64,000 nucleotides of DNA from Candidatus Magasanikbacteria bacterium RIFCSPHIGHO2_01_FULL_33_34 (GCA_001782825.1 MFPS01000007.1:148487-212486); one strand, 5' to 3'. Positions 48,561-58,788 are shown, counted from the stretch's first letter. Made by a program: numbers and translations. The notes: generated by a model not told the origin, from the sequence alone.

Positions 48561-48680
48561 TAATTAATAATTAGAGATTATTATGAGCGGATTTGGTTGC
48601 CACAACAGGCAACCACCTCGGAGCCATAGCGAGAATCCTGCCGGCAGGCAGGGAGCGAATGATAATCTCTAATTATTAAT
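48561..48680 (+). repeat. Nested palindromic intergenic element, copy R4 (subfamily B) carrying an extra CCTGCCGGCAGGCAGG palindrome
   Basis: aattaataattagagattattat-GAGCGGATTTGGTTGCCACAACAGGCAACCACCTCGGAGCCATAGCGAGAAT[CCTGCCGGCAGGCAGG]GAGCGAATGA-taatctctaattattaatt. Confidence 0.85.
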
Positions 48681-48733
48681 TTCTATTTCAGATTATAAAT
48701 TAATTAATACTCCTCATAAATGAATAATAATCT

Positions 48734-50290
48734 ATGCCAAAATATCAAGCAATAATTGGAATGGAAGTACATGTTGAATTCAAAACCAAAAGTAAAATGT
48801 TTTGTGCTTGCAAAAATGATCCTGAATTAAAAGAACCAAATATTAATATCTGTGAAATTTGTCTTGGTCACCCTGGAACTTTGCCCACAGCCAATAAACA
48901 GGCCATAGAATGGACTGTGCTAGTTGGCAAAGCCCTCAATTGCAACATAAGAGAACTTTCCAAATTTGACCGCAAGCATTATTTTTATCCAGATTTACCA
49001 AAAGCCTATCAAATTTCTCAATATGATGAGCCAATTGCAGAAAACGGTTATATCAATATAGATTTAAAACTCGAAGACAATCCACGCTCAGAAGTTAAAA
49101 TTGGAATTACCAGAGCTCATCTTGAAGAAGACACCGCCAAACTAACCCACAGCACCGATGGCAGTACTTTGGTTGATTTTAATCGTGCTGGTACTCCCCT
49201 ATTAGAAATAGTAACTGATCCTGATTTCCAAACAGGGCTAGAAGCAAAAACATATTGTCAAGAATTGCGCACTCTAATGCGATTTTTAGGAGTAAGTAAT
49301 GCTGATATGGAAAAGGGACAAATGAGATGTGAAGCCAATATTTCTGTTCAAGAAGCTGGCTGTTTTGAAATAAAAGACGGAATTGTCAAAACTATTGGTA
49401 ATTACAAACTTAATAATAAAGTAGAAGTAAAAAATATCAATTCATTCAAAGCAGTAGAAAAAGCCATCAATTATGAAATCCAAAGACAAACTGAAATGAT
49501 TGAAAAAGGCGAAGAATGGCCACAACAAACTCGCGGTTGGGATGAAAACAATAACCAAACCGTACTTCAAAGAATAAAAGAAAATGCTGCTGATTACAGA
49601 TACTTTCCAGAACCAGACATTCCACCATTTCACCCAAATAGACTTACAAAAAATTACACAATGCCAGAACTTCCCCAAGCAAGACGAGCCAGATTTCACA
49701 ATGAATACGGTCTTTCATATTCTGATGCAAAAATTCTAACTACTGACAAAGATTGGGCTGATTTCACTGATGCCACTATGTCTGAGCTTTATGAATGGCT
49801 CCACTCTTTACCAGAAAACACAAAAATAGAAGAACAACAAATTATTGAAGGTAATAAAAACAGACTCGCCAAATTATGTGGTAGCTGGATCACCAGTAAG
49901 CTAATGGGTATTATGTCTGAAAAATCAGTTCATATAAAAGTACTCAAAATCAGTCCAGAAAATTTTGCAGAATTGATTATTTTGATTTATTCAAAAAAAT
50001 TAAGCCCAACCAATGCTCTCCAAGTATTGTCAGAAATGATTGATAGTAATGTCAATATGGATCCAACTCACATAATGGAAGACAAAGGTTATGGCCAAGT
50101 TTCTGACATTAATCAACTTGAAAAAATAATAGATGAAGTAATAACTAGCAATCCAAATCAAGTAACTCAATTTATTAATGGAAAAGATACTATAATAAAA
50201 TTTCTTATTGGTATGGTTATGAAAGCAACAGAAGGCTCAGCTGATCCAAACATTACCGAAGAATTATTACGAAAAAAACTATCAAATTGA
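48734..50290 (+). CDS. gatB: Asp-tRNA(Asn)/Glu-tRNA(Gln) amidotransferase subunit B
   Basis: Full-length GatB (MPKYQAIIGMEVHVEFKTKSKMFC…), C-terminal YqeY-like domain. Confidence 0.95.
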   Translation: MPKYQAIIGMEVHVEFKTKSKMFCACKNDPELKEPNINICEICLGHPGTLPTANKQAIEWTVLVGKALNCNIRELSKFDRKHYFYPDLPKAYQISQYDEPIAENGYINIDLKLEDNPRSEVKIGITRAHLEEDTAKLTHSTDGSTLVDFNRAGTPLLEIVTDPDFQTGLEAKTYCQELRTLMRFLGVSNADMEKGQMRCEANISVQEAGCFEIKDGIVKTIGNYKLNNKVEVKNINSFKAVEKAINYEIQRQTEMIEKGEEWPQQTRGWDENNNQTVLQRIKENAADYRYFPEPDIPPFHPNRLTKNYTMPELPQARRARFHNEYGLSYSDAKILTTDKDWADFTDATMSELYEWLHSLPENTKIEEQQIIEGNKNRLAKLCGSWITSKLMGIMSEKSVHIKVLKISPENFAELIILIYSKKLSPTNALQVLSEMIDSNVNMDPTHIMEDKGYGQVSDINQLEKIIDEVITSNPNQVTQFINGKDTIIKFLIGMVMKATEGSADPNITEELLRKKLSN

Positions 50291-50306
50291 AAACATTTTT
50301 AATTAA

Positions 50307-50411
50307 ATAATTAATGATTAAAGATTATTATGAGCGGATTTGGTTGCCACAACAGGCAACCACCTCGGAGTCAAAGCGAGAATGAGAGAATAATAATCTT
50401 TAATCATTAAT
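50307..50411 (+). repeat. Nested palindromic intergenic element, copy R5 (subfamily B)
   Basis: aattaatgattaaagattattat-GAGCGGATTTGGTTGCCACAACAGGCAACCACCTCGGAGTCAAAGCGAGAATGA-gagaataataatctttaatcattaatt; shares 25 nt of right-hand extension with R4. Confidence 0.85.
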
Positions 50412-50573
50412 TTCTATTTCAGATTATAAATTAATCCACAGCTATACAGTTGCATCAATTACAATATACTGATAAACTGAATCAAACTATGAAAAAATTA
50501 AAATTACAGACAATTGATTATAAACAATATTAGAGACTTACCATCCCGAAAGGGGTGGTATTTTTTTGAAAAT

Positions 50574-51650
50574 ATGGAATTTATAGAATCACAACTTATA
50601 CTCAAAAAAGGTATAACTTTCAAAGGCCTGTCTCCTTCTAATCAAAAAGAAATATATTATGGTGAAGTAGTATTTACCACTGGAATGACTGGCTATATAG
50701 AGACACTCACCGACCCATCATATGCTGGCGAAATTATTACTTTCACCTACCCCCTCATTGGTAACTACGGCGTTCCCGAAAAAAAATATTGGGAATCAGA
50801 AAAAATACACGTCAGTGGCATAATTGTCAGTGAAGCCTGTACTAATTGGGATCATATAAACGGCAAATCTTCTCTCCTCAATTGGCTAGAATCCCAAAAA
50901 GTACCAATAATGACCAATGTTGATACCAGAGAACTTACCAAACAATTGCGTGAATATGGAGTAATGCCTGGGGCAATATTACCTACAAATTATTCTTCTA
51001 ATTCTCAAAATAAAAAATTAAATTATACAAATTTAAGTGATCAAAATCTTATACCAGAAGTTTCTACAAAAATAAAAAATATATATAATCAAAAAAAATC
51101 CAACAACAAAACTATAATCGTAGTAGATTGTGGAATAAAAAATAATATTTTGCGTTCACTTAAAGAACTTCCATTGACAATTCACCATGTGCCATACAAT
51201 TATGATTATACCCAAGAAAAATTTGATGCTGTTTTTCTATCAAATGGTCCAGGCGATCCAAAAGTTTGTATAGAAACAATCGCCATATTAAAAAAAGCTA
51301 TGAAATTAGAAAAACCAATTTTTGGTATTTGTCTTGGCTCGCAAATATTAGCTCTAGCTGCTGGCGCTGACACTTACAAATTAAAATATGGTCATCGTGG
51401 ACAAAACCAACCTTGTCGTGAAGAAAAAACTGGCAAGTGTTTTATTACCAGCCAAAATCATGGTTATGCAGTTGATGAAAAAACCATACCAAAAGATTGG
51501 TATATAAATTTTAGAAATTTAAATGATAATTCTGTTGAAGGAATTAGTCACAAAACTTTACCATTTTTTTCTGTCCAATTTCACCCTGAAGCTTCCCCTG
51601 GTCCAACTGATACAAAATGGTTATTTGAAAAATTTTACGATTTGATATGA
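50574..51650 (+). CDS. carA: Carbamoyl-phosphate synthase small (glutaminase) subunit
   Basis: …GEVVFTTGMTGYIETLTDPSYAGEI… and the class-I glutamine amidotransferase catalytic Cys motif (…GICLGSQIL…); start ambiguous (50514 or 50574). Confidence 0.85.
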   Translation: MEFIESQLILKKGITFKGLSPSNQKEIYYGEVVFTTGMTGYIETLTDPSYAGEIITFTYPLIGNYGVPEKKYWESEKIHVSGIIVSEACTNWDHINGKSSLLNWLESQKVPIMTNVDTRELTKQLREYGVMPGAILPTNYSSNSQNKKLNYTNLSDQNLIPEVSTKIKNIYNQKKSNNKTIIVVDCGIKNNILRSLKELPLTIHHVPYNYDYTQEKFDAVFLSNGPGDPKVCIETIAILKKAMKLEKPIFGICLGSQILALAAGADTYKLKYGHRGQNQPCREEKTGKCFITSQNHGYAVDEKTIPKDWYINFRNLNDNSVEGISHKTLPFFSVQFHPEASPGPTDTKWLFEKFYDLI

Positions 51651-54600
51651 ATAAACTAAATATAAAAAAAGTTCTACTTCTTGGTTCAGGCGGACTACGC
51701 ATTGGACAAGCTGGCGAATTTGATTATTCTGGTTCACAAGCAATCAAAGCTTTAAAAGAAGAAGGTATACATACTGTTCTTATCAATCCAAATATCGCCA
51801 CCATTCAAACTGATGGACAAGGTTTTAGTAAATCAAAAAAAGCCGCCGATACTGTATACTTACAACCATTAAATGTTCAAACTGTTACTAAAATTATTGA
51901 AAAAGAAAAACCTGATGCAATTTTTTTGAGTTTTGGTGGCCAAACTGCTTTAAATCTTGGCTTAGAACTAGATGAAATTGGTATATTTAAAAAATATAAT
52001 GTCAAAGTGCTGGGTACACCTATAAAAACCATCCGTCTCACAGAAGATCGTGAATTATTCAAACAAGCTCTCAAAGAAATTGATGTAAAAACAGCTAGAA
52101 GTATTGCTACTGATAATATTACTGAAGCAATATCTGCAGCAAAAAAAATTGGCTACCCTATAATGATGCGCTCTGGCTATTCTCTTGGCGGACTAGGTTC
52201 TGGCCTCATCAAAACAGAAGAAGAACTTAAAATACGCGCTAATGAAGCTTTGCACCAAGCACCACAAATTTTGATTGAAGAATACCTTGGGGGTTGGAAA
52301 GAAGTAGAATATGAAATAGTGCGCGATTCAGCTGACAATGTAGTAACTGTGTGCAATATGGAAAACATGGATCCAATGGGAATCCACACAGGCGAAAGTA
52401 TAGTAGTGGCACCATCACAAACTCTCAACAATCACGAATATCATCTCTTGAGAGAAATTGCTATTAAAACTGCTAGTCATATTGGAATCATCGGTGAATG
52501 TAATATCCAATATGCCCTCAATCCAGAAAATGGCGATTATCGGGTAATTGAAATCAATGCCAGACTATCACGATCTAGCGCCCTTGCCTCCAAAGCAACC
52601 GGCTATCCATTGGCCTTTATAGCTGCCAAACTTGGAATTAATATTCGCTTGGATGAAATCAAAAATTCAGTCACCCAAAAAACCTCAGCTTTCTTTGAAC
52701 CAGCCCTTGATTATTTGGTTATCAAAATACCAAAATGGGATATAAACAAATTCAAAAATGCTGAACAACATATTGGTTCAGAAATGAAAAGCGTCGGTGA
52801 GGTCATGGCAATTGGACGATCTTTTCCAGAAACACTGCAAAAAGCTGTGCGTATGTTGAATATAGGCACACAAGGCCTAAATGATTATCCTTATAAAATA
52901 GAAAATTTAAAAGATGAAATAGAAAATCCAACTTTCCGCAGATTATTTGCTATTTATCAATATTTTAAAAAAGGAGCTACTGTAAATGAAATATTTAAAC
53001 TATCCAAAATTAATCCTTGGTTTTTGCATCATATTTACTCAATTGCACAGATGGAAAAAAATATAACAAAAAATAATTTAGATAAAACAACTCTACAACA
53101 AGCTAAACAATTTGGATTCTCTGATAAAACTATAGCTAAACTTAAAAATACCACTGAAAAAGAAATTCGTGCCAAAAGAATTAATCTCAATATTAAACCA
53201 ATAATAAAACAAATTGACACTTTGGCGGGAGAATTTCCAGCCAAAACTAATTATTTATATACGACTTATAATGGGCAATACCATGATATTTTGCGATCAA
53301 AAAAGAAACCAATTATTGTAATTGGTTCTGGCCCATATTGTATTGGATCTTCAGTAGAATTTGATTGGTGCGCAGTAAATACTGCTAGGACTTTAAAAAA
53401 ACTAAAAGAATCAACTATTATTATAAACTCAAATCCAGAAACAGTTTCAACTGATTATGATGAGTCAGATAGATTATACTTTGAAGAACTAACGGCTGAA
53501 AGAATTGCAGACATTGCTGATTTTGAAAATACCAAAGGTATTATTGTATCGGTTGGTGGACAAATACCAAATAATATAGCCCTACCTCTCAGTAAAGCCG
53601 GCTACCCAATCTTGGGTACAAATGCTACTTCCATTGACCAAGCAGAAGATAGACAAAAATTTTCTTCACTTTTAAATAAATTAAATATTGATCAACCAAC
53701 TTGGGAAGAAGTCAGTACATTATCCAAAGCACGCTCATTTGCTGAACGTATTGGTTATCCTGTTTTAGTCCGTCCATCATATGTTCTATCTGGCGCAGCT
53801 ATGAATGTCATATATGATGAATCTGAACTAAAAAATTATCTGGCAAATTCAGCCACAGTATCACCCGACCACCCAGCTGTACTATCCAAATTTATCCAAA
53901 ATGCCAAAGAACTTGAAGTTGATGGCGTAGCTAAACAAGGGCAAATTATCATAGAAGCAATTACAGAACATGTAGAAAATGCTGGTGTACATTCTGGTGA
54001 CGCTACCATAATCCTTCCACCCCAAAGACTATATTTGGAAACCATCCGCCGTGCCAAAAAACTTACCGCCAAAATAGTAAAAGCCTTAAATATTACTGGC
54101 CCATTCAATATTCAATTCATTGCCAAAGATAATTGGTTAAAAATAATTGAATGCAATGTCCGCGCTTCACGCTCCTTCCCTTTTGTATCCAAAGTAACAA
54201 ACAACAATTTTATTGAAATAATGACAGAAGTTATTTTAAACAAACACAAATCAAAAACCTATCAAACTCTTGAACTTGATTATGTCGGCGTAAAAACCCC
54301 ACAATTTTCCTATAGTCGCCTCAAAGGTTCTGACCCTGTTGCCCATGTAGAAATGGCTTCTACCGGTGAAGTAGCCTGTATCGGTGACAATTACTTAGAA
54401 GCCTTTTTTACCTCATGGTTATCAACTGAACAATCAATTTCTGGCAAACGTATTCTTTTGAGTATTGGGGACGAGAAAAAAAATAAATTAATTAATCTGA
54501 TACAAGCACTTGATGAACAAAATTGGGAAATATTTGCAACTGAAGGTACACATAAATATTTAGCAGAATATGGCATTGCTTCAACTTTTTTACACAAAGC

Positions 54601-54850
54601 AAGCGTTGATGCTTCACCAAATATTACTGACACAATTGAAAACAAAAAAATTGATCTTATCTTAAATATTCCTCGTAGCAACGGCACAAGCAATAAAACC
54701 GATGGTTTCAAAATTCGACGACTGGCTATTGATCATCAAATCCCTCTAATTACCAATCTACAAATTGCCCAACTTTTTCTACGCTCTATCACAGAATTAA
54801 AATTAGAAAATGTTCCAGTAAAATCTTGGCAAGAATTTATAAAAAATTAA
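51647..54850 (+). CDS. carB: Carbamoyl-phosphate synthase large subunit
   Basis: 1067 aa, duplicated ATP-grasp halves, MGS-like C-domain. Confidence 0.95.
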   Translation: MNKLNIKKVLLLGSGGLRIGQAGEFDYSGSQAIKALKEEGIHTVLINPNIATIQTDGQGFSKSKKAADTVYLQPLNVQTVTKIIEKEKPDAIFLSFGGQTALNLGLELDEIGIFKKYNVKVLGTPIKTIRLTEDRELFKQALKEIDVKTARSIATDNITEAISAAKKIGYPIMMRSGYSLGGLGSGLIKTEEELKIRANEALHQAPQILIEEYLGGWKEVEYEIVRDSADNVVTVCNMENMDPMGIHTGESIVVAPSQTLNNHEYHLLREIAIKTASHIGIIGECNIQYALNPENGDYRVIEINARLSRSSALASKATGYPLAFIAAKLGINIRLDEIKNSVTQKTSAFFEPALDYLVIKIPKWDINKFKNAEQHIGSEMKSVGEVMAIGRSFPETLQKAVRMLNIGTQGLNDYPYKIENLKDEIENPTFRRLFAIYQYFKKGATVNEIFKLSKINPWFLHHIYSIAQMEKNITKNNLDKTTLQQAKQFGFSDKTIAKLKNTTEKEIRAKRINLNIKPIIKQIDTLAGEFPAKTNYLYTTYNGQYHDILRSKKKPIIVIGSGPYCIGSSVEFDWCAVNTARTLKKLKESTIIINSNPETVSTDYDESDRLYFEELTAERIADIADFENTKGIIVSVGGQIPNNIALPLSKAGYPILGTNATSIDQAEDRQKFSSLLNKLNIDQPTWEEVSTLSKARSFAERIGYPVLVRPSYVLSGAAMNVIYDESELKNYLANSATVSPDHPAVLSKFIQNAKELEVDGVAKQGQIIIEAITEHVENAGVHSGDATIILPPQRLYLETIRRAKKLTAKIVKALNITGPFNIQFIAKDNWLKIIECNVRASRSFPFVSKVTNNNFIEIMTEVILNKHKSKTYQTLELDYVGVKTPQFSYSRLKGSDPVAHVEMASTGEVACIGDNYLEAFFTSWLSTEQSISGKRILLSIGDEKKNKLINLIQALDEQNWEIFATEGTHKYLAEYGIASTFLHKASVDASPNITDTIENKKIDLILNIPRSNGTSNKTDGFKIRRLAIDHQIPLITNLQIAQLFLRSITELKLENVPVKSWQEFIKN

Positions 54851-54861
54851 ATCATCATACT

Positions 54862-55785
54862 ATGCCCACTGAATTTAAAAATAGAGATATAATCTCAATC
54901 ACAGATTTATCAAAATCAGATATTCTCCATATATTAAAAGTAGCAGAAGATCTAAAAAAGAAACCCAGACCAGATTTATTAAAAGGAAATATTATGGCAA
55001 GTTGTTTTTTTGAAAATTCAACTCGCACTCGCCTATCATTTGAAACTGCTATGCTCCGACTAGGTGGTAATGTAACTGGATTTTCCAATGCAGATGTAAC
55101 TTCAATAAAAAAGGGGGAAACCTTATATGACACCATAAAAATAATTGGACAATATGTAGATGTAATCGCGCTACGACACCCGCTTGAAGGCGCAGCCAAA
55201 TTAGCCTCTGAAGCAACTGATAAACCTATTATAAACGGTGGAGATGGTGCCAATCAACATCCAACTCAAACTCTATTAGATTTATTTACAATAAGAGAAT
55301 GCCAAAAAAAATTAACTGATCTCAAAATAGCTCTTGTCGGCGATTTAAAATATGGTCGTACCGTCCACTCACTTGCTCAAGCACTTGTCCACTTTGGTGT
55401 ACGACTTTATTTGATTGCGCCAAATGTATTACAAATGCCAAACCATATTCTAGACACATTAAAACTCTCCGGTATAAAATTCTCTATGCATGAAAATATG
55501 GAATCAATCATAAATAAAGTAGACATTATATATATGACTAGAATCCAAGAAGAAAGATTTACTGATAAGATTGAATATGAACGTTTAAAAGACTCATTTA
55601 TTCTAAAAACTGAACACTTAAAAAAGGTCCAGAATTCTATGCGAATCATGCATCCTTTGCCTAGGGTAAATGAAATTAGCCCTGATGTAGACAAAACTAA
55701 ACATGCCTATTATTTTGAACAAGCTAAAAATGGACTTTTTGTTAGACAAGCTATACTTGGTTTACTTCTTGGAAAATTAAATTAA
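54862..55785 (+). CDS. pyrB: Aspartate carbamoyltransferase catalytic subunit
   Basis: STRTRLSFE carbamoyl-phosphate motif, HPLP motif; start moved to the MPTEF codon after the carB stop. Confidence 0.9.
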   Translation: MPTEFKNRDIISITDLSKSDILHILKVAEDLKKKPRPDLLKGNIMASCFFENSTRTRLSFETAMLRLGGNVTGFSNADVTSIKKGETLYDTIKIIGQYVDVIALRHPLEGAAKLASEATDKPIINGGDGANQHPTQTLLDLFTIRECQKKLTDLKIALVGDLKYGRTVHSLAQALVHFGVRLYLIAPNVLQMPNHILDTLKLSGIKFSMHENMESIINKVDIIYMTRIQEERFTDKIEYERLKDSFILKTEHLKKVQNSMRIMHPLPRVNEISPDVDKTKHAYYFEQAKNGLFVRQAILGLLLGKLN

Positions 55786-55791
55786 AAAAAT

Positions 55792-56265
55792 ATGACCATA
55801 CAAAATAAAAAATTATTAGTATCAGCCATCAAAGATGGCACTGTAATTGATCGGATTGAATCAGGAAATGCTCTTAAAGTTATACATTTTCTTAATATAA
55901 TAGATAGTGAAAAAATTATTACCGTTGGACTAAATCTTCCAAGCAAAGTTATGGGAAAAAAAGATTTAGTAAAAATAGAAAATCTAGAATTAACAACAAA
56001 ACAAATAAATGATCTTGCAATTTTGGCTCCTAATGCTACTATTAATATAATAAAAAAATATAAAGTAATAAAAAAATTTAAAGCTGAAATTCCAGATTAT
56101 ATTCACAATATAGTTACCTGTCCTAACCCAAAGTGTATAACAAACAATGAAAATATTATTACCAAATTTGATATCATAAACAAAAAAAATCCCATAAAAA
56201 TAAAATGTAATTATTGTGAAAAAATTTTTGAACAAAATGATATACTAAATTATAAACACACTTAA
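55792..56265 (+). CDS. pyrI: Aspartate carbamoyltransferase regulatory subunit
   Basis: N-terminal allosteric domain + C-terminal 4-Cys zinc domain (CPNPKC…CNYCEK). Confidence 0.85.
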   Translation: MTIQNKKLLVSAIKDGTVIDRIESGNALKVIHFLNIIDSEKIITVGLNLPSKVMGKKDLVKIENLELTTKQINDLAILAPNATINIIKKYKVIKKFKAEIPDYIHNIVTCPNPKCITNNENIITKFDIINKKNPIKIKCNYCEKIFEQNDILNYKHT

Positions 56266-56266
56266 T

Positions 56267-57460
56267 GTGAAAATAAAAACTTTTGATAACCAAACTATTG
56301 ACTTACCAATAGAAGAAAACATATCTCAAAAAAATATTATTGCTTTACCAGGACTCATTGATCCTCATGTACATTTTCGTATACCTGGGGGAGAACACAA
56401 AGAAACTTGGGAAACTGGCGCCCAAGCTGCCATCGCTGGTGGTGTCTGTACAGTCCTTGATATGCCAAATAACAACCCTTCAATAACCGATGAAAAAACT
56501 TTTTTAGAAAAAAAAGAAATAATAAAAAAACAATTAAAAAATACAGACATAAATCTAAACTATTTTTTATACTTAGGAGCAACTGAAAATAATATAAATG
56601 AAATAAAAAAACTAAAAAATGAAATAGTGGCAGTAAAAATGTTTATGGGATCAAGCACTGGCAATCTTTTGGTGGCAGATCTTGAAAAACAAAAAGAGAT
56701 TTTTAAAATATGCGGTGAATTAAATATACCCCTAGCAGTCCATGCTGAAAATGAAGCCATGATTATTGAAAATACACAGAAGCTATCAGACTCAATCAAT
56801 AATATTACTACTCATTCCAAGATTCGCTCACGAGAAGTAGCCGAGTCTGCTGTAAAACAAGCAATTAAACTCGCAGAAATTTATAAAACTAAATTATATA
56901 TACTCCACTGTAGCACAAAAGAAGAAATGGACTTAATAAGACTTGCCAAACAAAAAAATATTGATGTCTCAGCTGAAGCTTGCCCACACCACCTATTTTT
57001 AAATGATACAGCGTATGAAAAATTTGGCAGTAAAGTACAAATGAATCCACCTATACGTACTAGCACAGACAATGAAGCATTGTGGACCGCCCTTATTGAT
57101 GGCACTATTGATACCATTGGAAGTGACCACGCTCCTCATTTATTATCTGAAAAAGCAAATCCTTATCCTAATTCCCCTTCTGGAATACCCGGTATAGAAA
57201 CCACTCTGCCACTTTTATTAAATGCTTATAATCAAGACAAAATAAAACTGGAAAAAATTGTTGAACTGACAAACACAAATGCCAAAAAAATATTTAACCT
57301 AAAAATAACTGACAGTTGGGTAATAGTTGATTTGGATTTAGAAAAAGAAATAAAAAATGAAAATTTAAAAACTAAATGTGGCTGGTCCCCTTTTGCTGGA
57401 CAACTCATCAAAGGCTGGCCAATCTATACAGTATTAAACAATAAAATATATAAATTATAG
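56267..57460 (+). CDS. pyrC: Dihydroorotase
   Basis: LPGLIDPHVHFR metal-binding motif, amidohydrolase fold. Confidence 0.85.
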   Translation: MKIKTFDNQTIDLPIEENISQKNIIALPGLIDPHVHFRIPGGEHKETWETGAQAAIAGGVCTVLDMPNNNPSITDEKTFLEKKEIIKKQLKNTDINLNYFLYLGATENNINEIKKLKNEIVAVKMFMGSSTGNLLVADLEKQKEIFKICGELNIPLAVHAENEAMIIENTQKLSDSINNITTHSKIRSREVAESAVKQAIKLAEIYKTKLYILHCSTKEEMDLIRLAKQKNIDVSAEACPHHLFLNDTAYEKFGSKVQMNPPIRTSTDNEALWTALIDGTIDTIGSDHAPHLLSEKANPYPNSPSGIPGIETTLPLLLNAYNQDKIKLEKIVELTNTNAKKIFNLKITDSWVIVDLDLEKEIKNENLKTKCGWSPFAGQLIKGWPIYTVLNNKIYKL

Positions 57461-57507
57461 TAAAAATATAATAGTATTGTTTACACTTTTACAACGACCG
57501 CATTATT

Positions 57508-57625
57508 TTCAATTATTTATTTTTACTCCCTGCCTGCCGGCAGGCAGGATTCTCGCTTTGGCTCCGAGGGTGATGCCTGTTGAGGCCTCAAATCCGTAAA
57601 AATAAATAAACAAATTAATGCTTAA
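57508..57625 (-). repeat. Nested palindromic intergenic element, copy R7 (subfamily A, core in minus orientation) with the extra CCTGCC(TGCC)GGCAGGCAGG palindrome
   Basis: rc core GGATTTGAGGCCTCAACAGGCATCACCCTCGGAGCCAAAGCGAGAAT[CCTGCCTGCCGGCAGGCAGG]GA; arms aattatttatttttac / gtaaaaataaataa; outer flanks homologous to R3. Confidence 0.8.
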
Positions 57626-57673
57626 TTATAAATAACACTTTTAATTGTTATACCTTGCATAAAATAATATATT

Positions 57674-58735
57674 ATGATTAACACCCCATTTTACGACCCA
57701 ACAAAATCCTATGAAGAAAATTACTCAGATGGACCTTTTGGTGCATTTGCTGACAATGAAATATATCAAAACCAAGGTGAGCCAAACTATGATTATCACA
57801 ATCACAAAGTCTATTCACCTTTCGGTATTCCAGCTGGTCCAATTATAAATAGTAATTTTGCCAAAAGCGCCTTTGAAAAAGGATTTGATTTAGTTGTTTA
57901 TAAAACTGTCCGCACTGGTATTTTTCCCTGCCACCCTCACCCAAATATAATGGCCATACATATTGATAAAATAACTCCTGAAATAATGGCTGGCAAAATA
58001 ACCGCTGACACCAACTACACTGAACCGCTAACCATAACAAATTCTTTTGGCGTACCATCCAAAGATCCAGATGAATGGCAAATAGATATAAAAAAAGCTA
58101 TTAGTTATGCAAAGACTGGACAAATGTTAATAGCTGGCTTTATGGGCACAGTAAAAGAAAATCAAACCCAAGAAGAATTTATAAAAGATTATGCTTTGGC
58201 AGCGCGACTAACCAAAGAAACTGGCGCAAAAGTATTGGAGGCAAATCTATCTTGTCCAAATATTGGAAATGAAGGTCTTGTCTGCTACAACATTGATATT
58301 ACTCACAAAGTCTGCAAAGCTATACGAGATGAAATCGGCAATACACCACTTGCTATAAAACTTGGTTATTTTAATAATGATAATGAATTAAAAAAAATAG
58401 CTGAAATTGCCCATAATTATGTTGATGAAGTAATAGCCATAAATACTCTACCCTCAACTATTGTCGACAAATATGGTAATCAAGCTTTGAAAGGTCAGAA
58501 CCGAGTAAAAAGTGGTATATGTGGAGCCGGCATCAAATGGGCTGGACTTGATATGGTCAAAAGACTCAAAAAAATACGAGACGAAAATAATTATAAATTC
58601 TCCATCACTGGAGTAGGTGGAGTAATGAATAAAGAAGATTTCAAAGAATACCAAAATATTGGAGCAGAAATAGTCATGTCTGCAACTGGCGCTATGTGGG
58701 ATCCATACTTAGCTCAAAAAATTAAATCAATTTAA
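57674..58735 (+). CDS. pyrD: Dihydroorotate dehydrogenase (class 1-like, Cys active-site base) with ~50-aa N-terminal extension
   Basis: NLSCPN active site, GxGGV FMN-binding motifs. Confidence 0.8.
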   Translation: MINTPFYDPTKSYEENYSDGPFGAFADNEIYQNQGEPNYDYHNHKVYSPFGIPAGPIINSNFAKSAFEKGFDLVVYKTVRTGIFPCHPHPNIMAIHIDKITPEIMAGKITADTNYTEPLTITNSFGVPSKDPDEWQIDIKKAISYAKTGQMLIAGFMGTVKENQTQEEFIKDYALAARLTKETGAKVLEANLSCPNIGNEGLVCYNIDITHKVCKAIRDEIGNTPLAIKLGYFNNDNELKKIAEIAHNYVDEVIAINTLPSTIVDKYGNQALKGQNRVKSGICGAGIKWAGLDMVKRLKKIRDENNYKFSITGVGGVMNKEDFKEYQNIGAEIVMSATGAMWDPYLAQKIKSI

Positions 58736-58788
58736 TAAATAATTTAAATCAATTATAAAATACTTAAATTATTTATTTTTAACAATAC

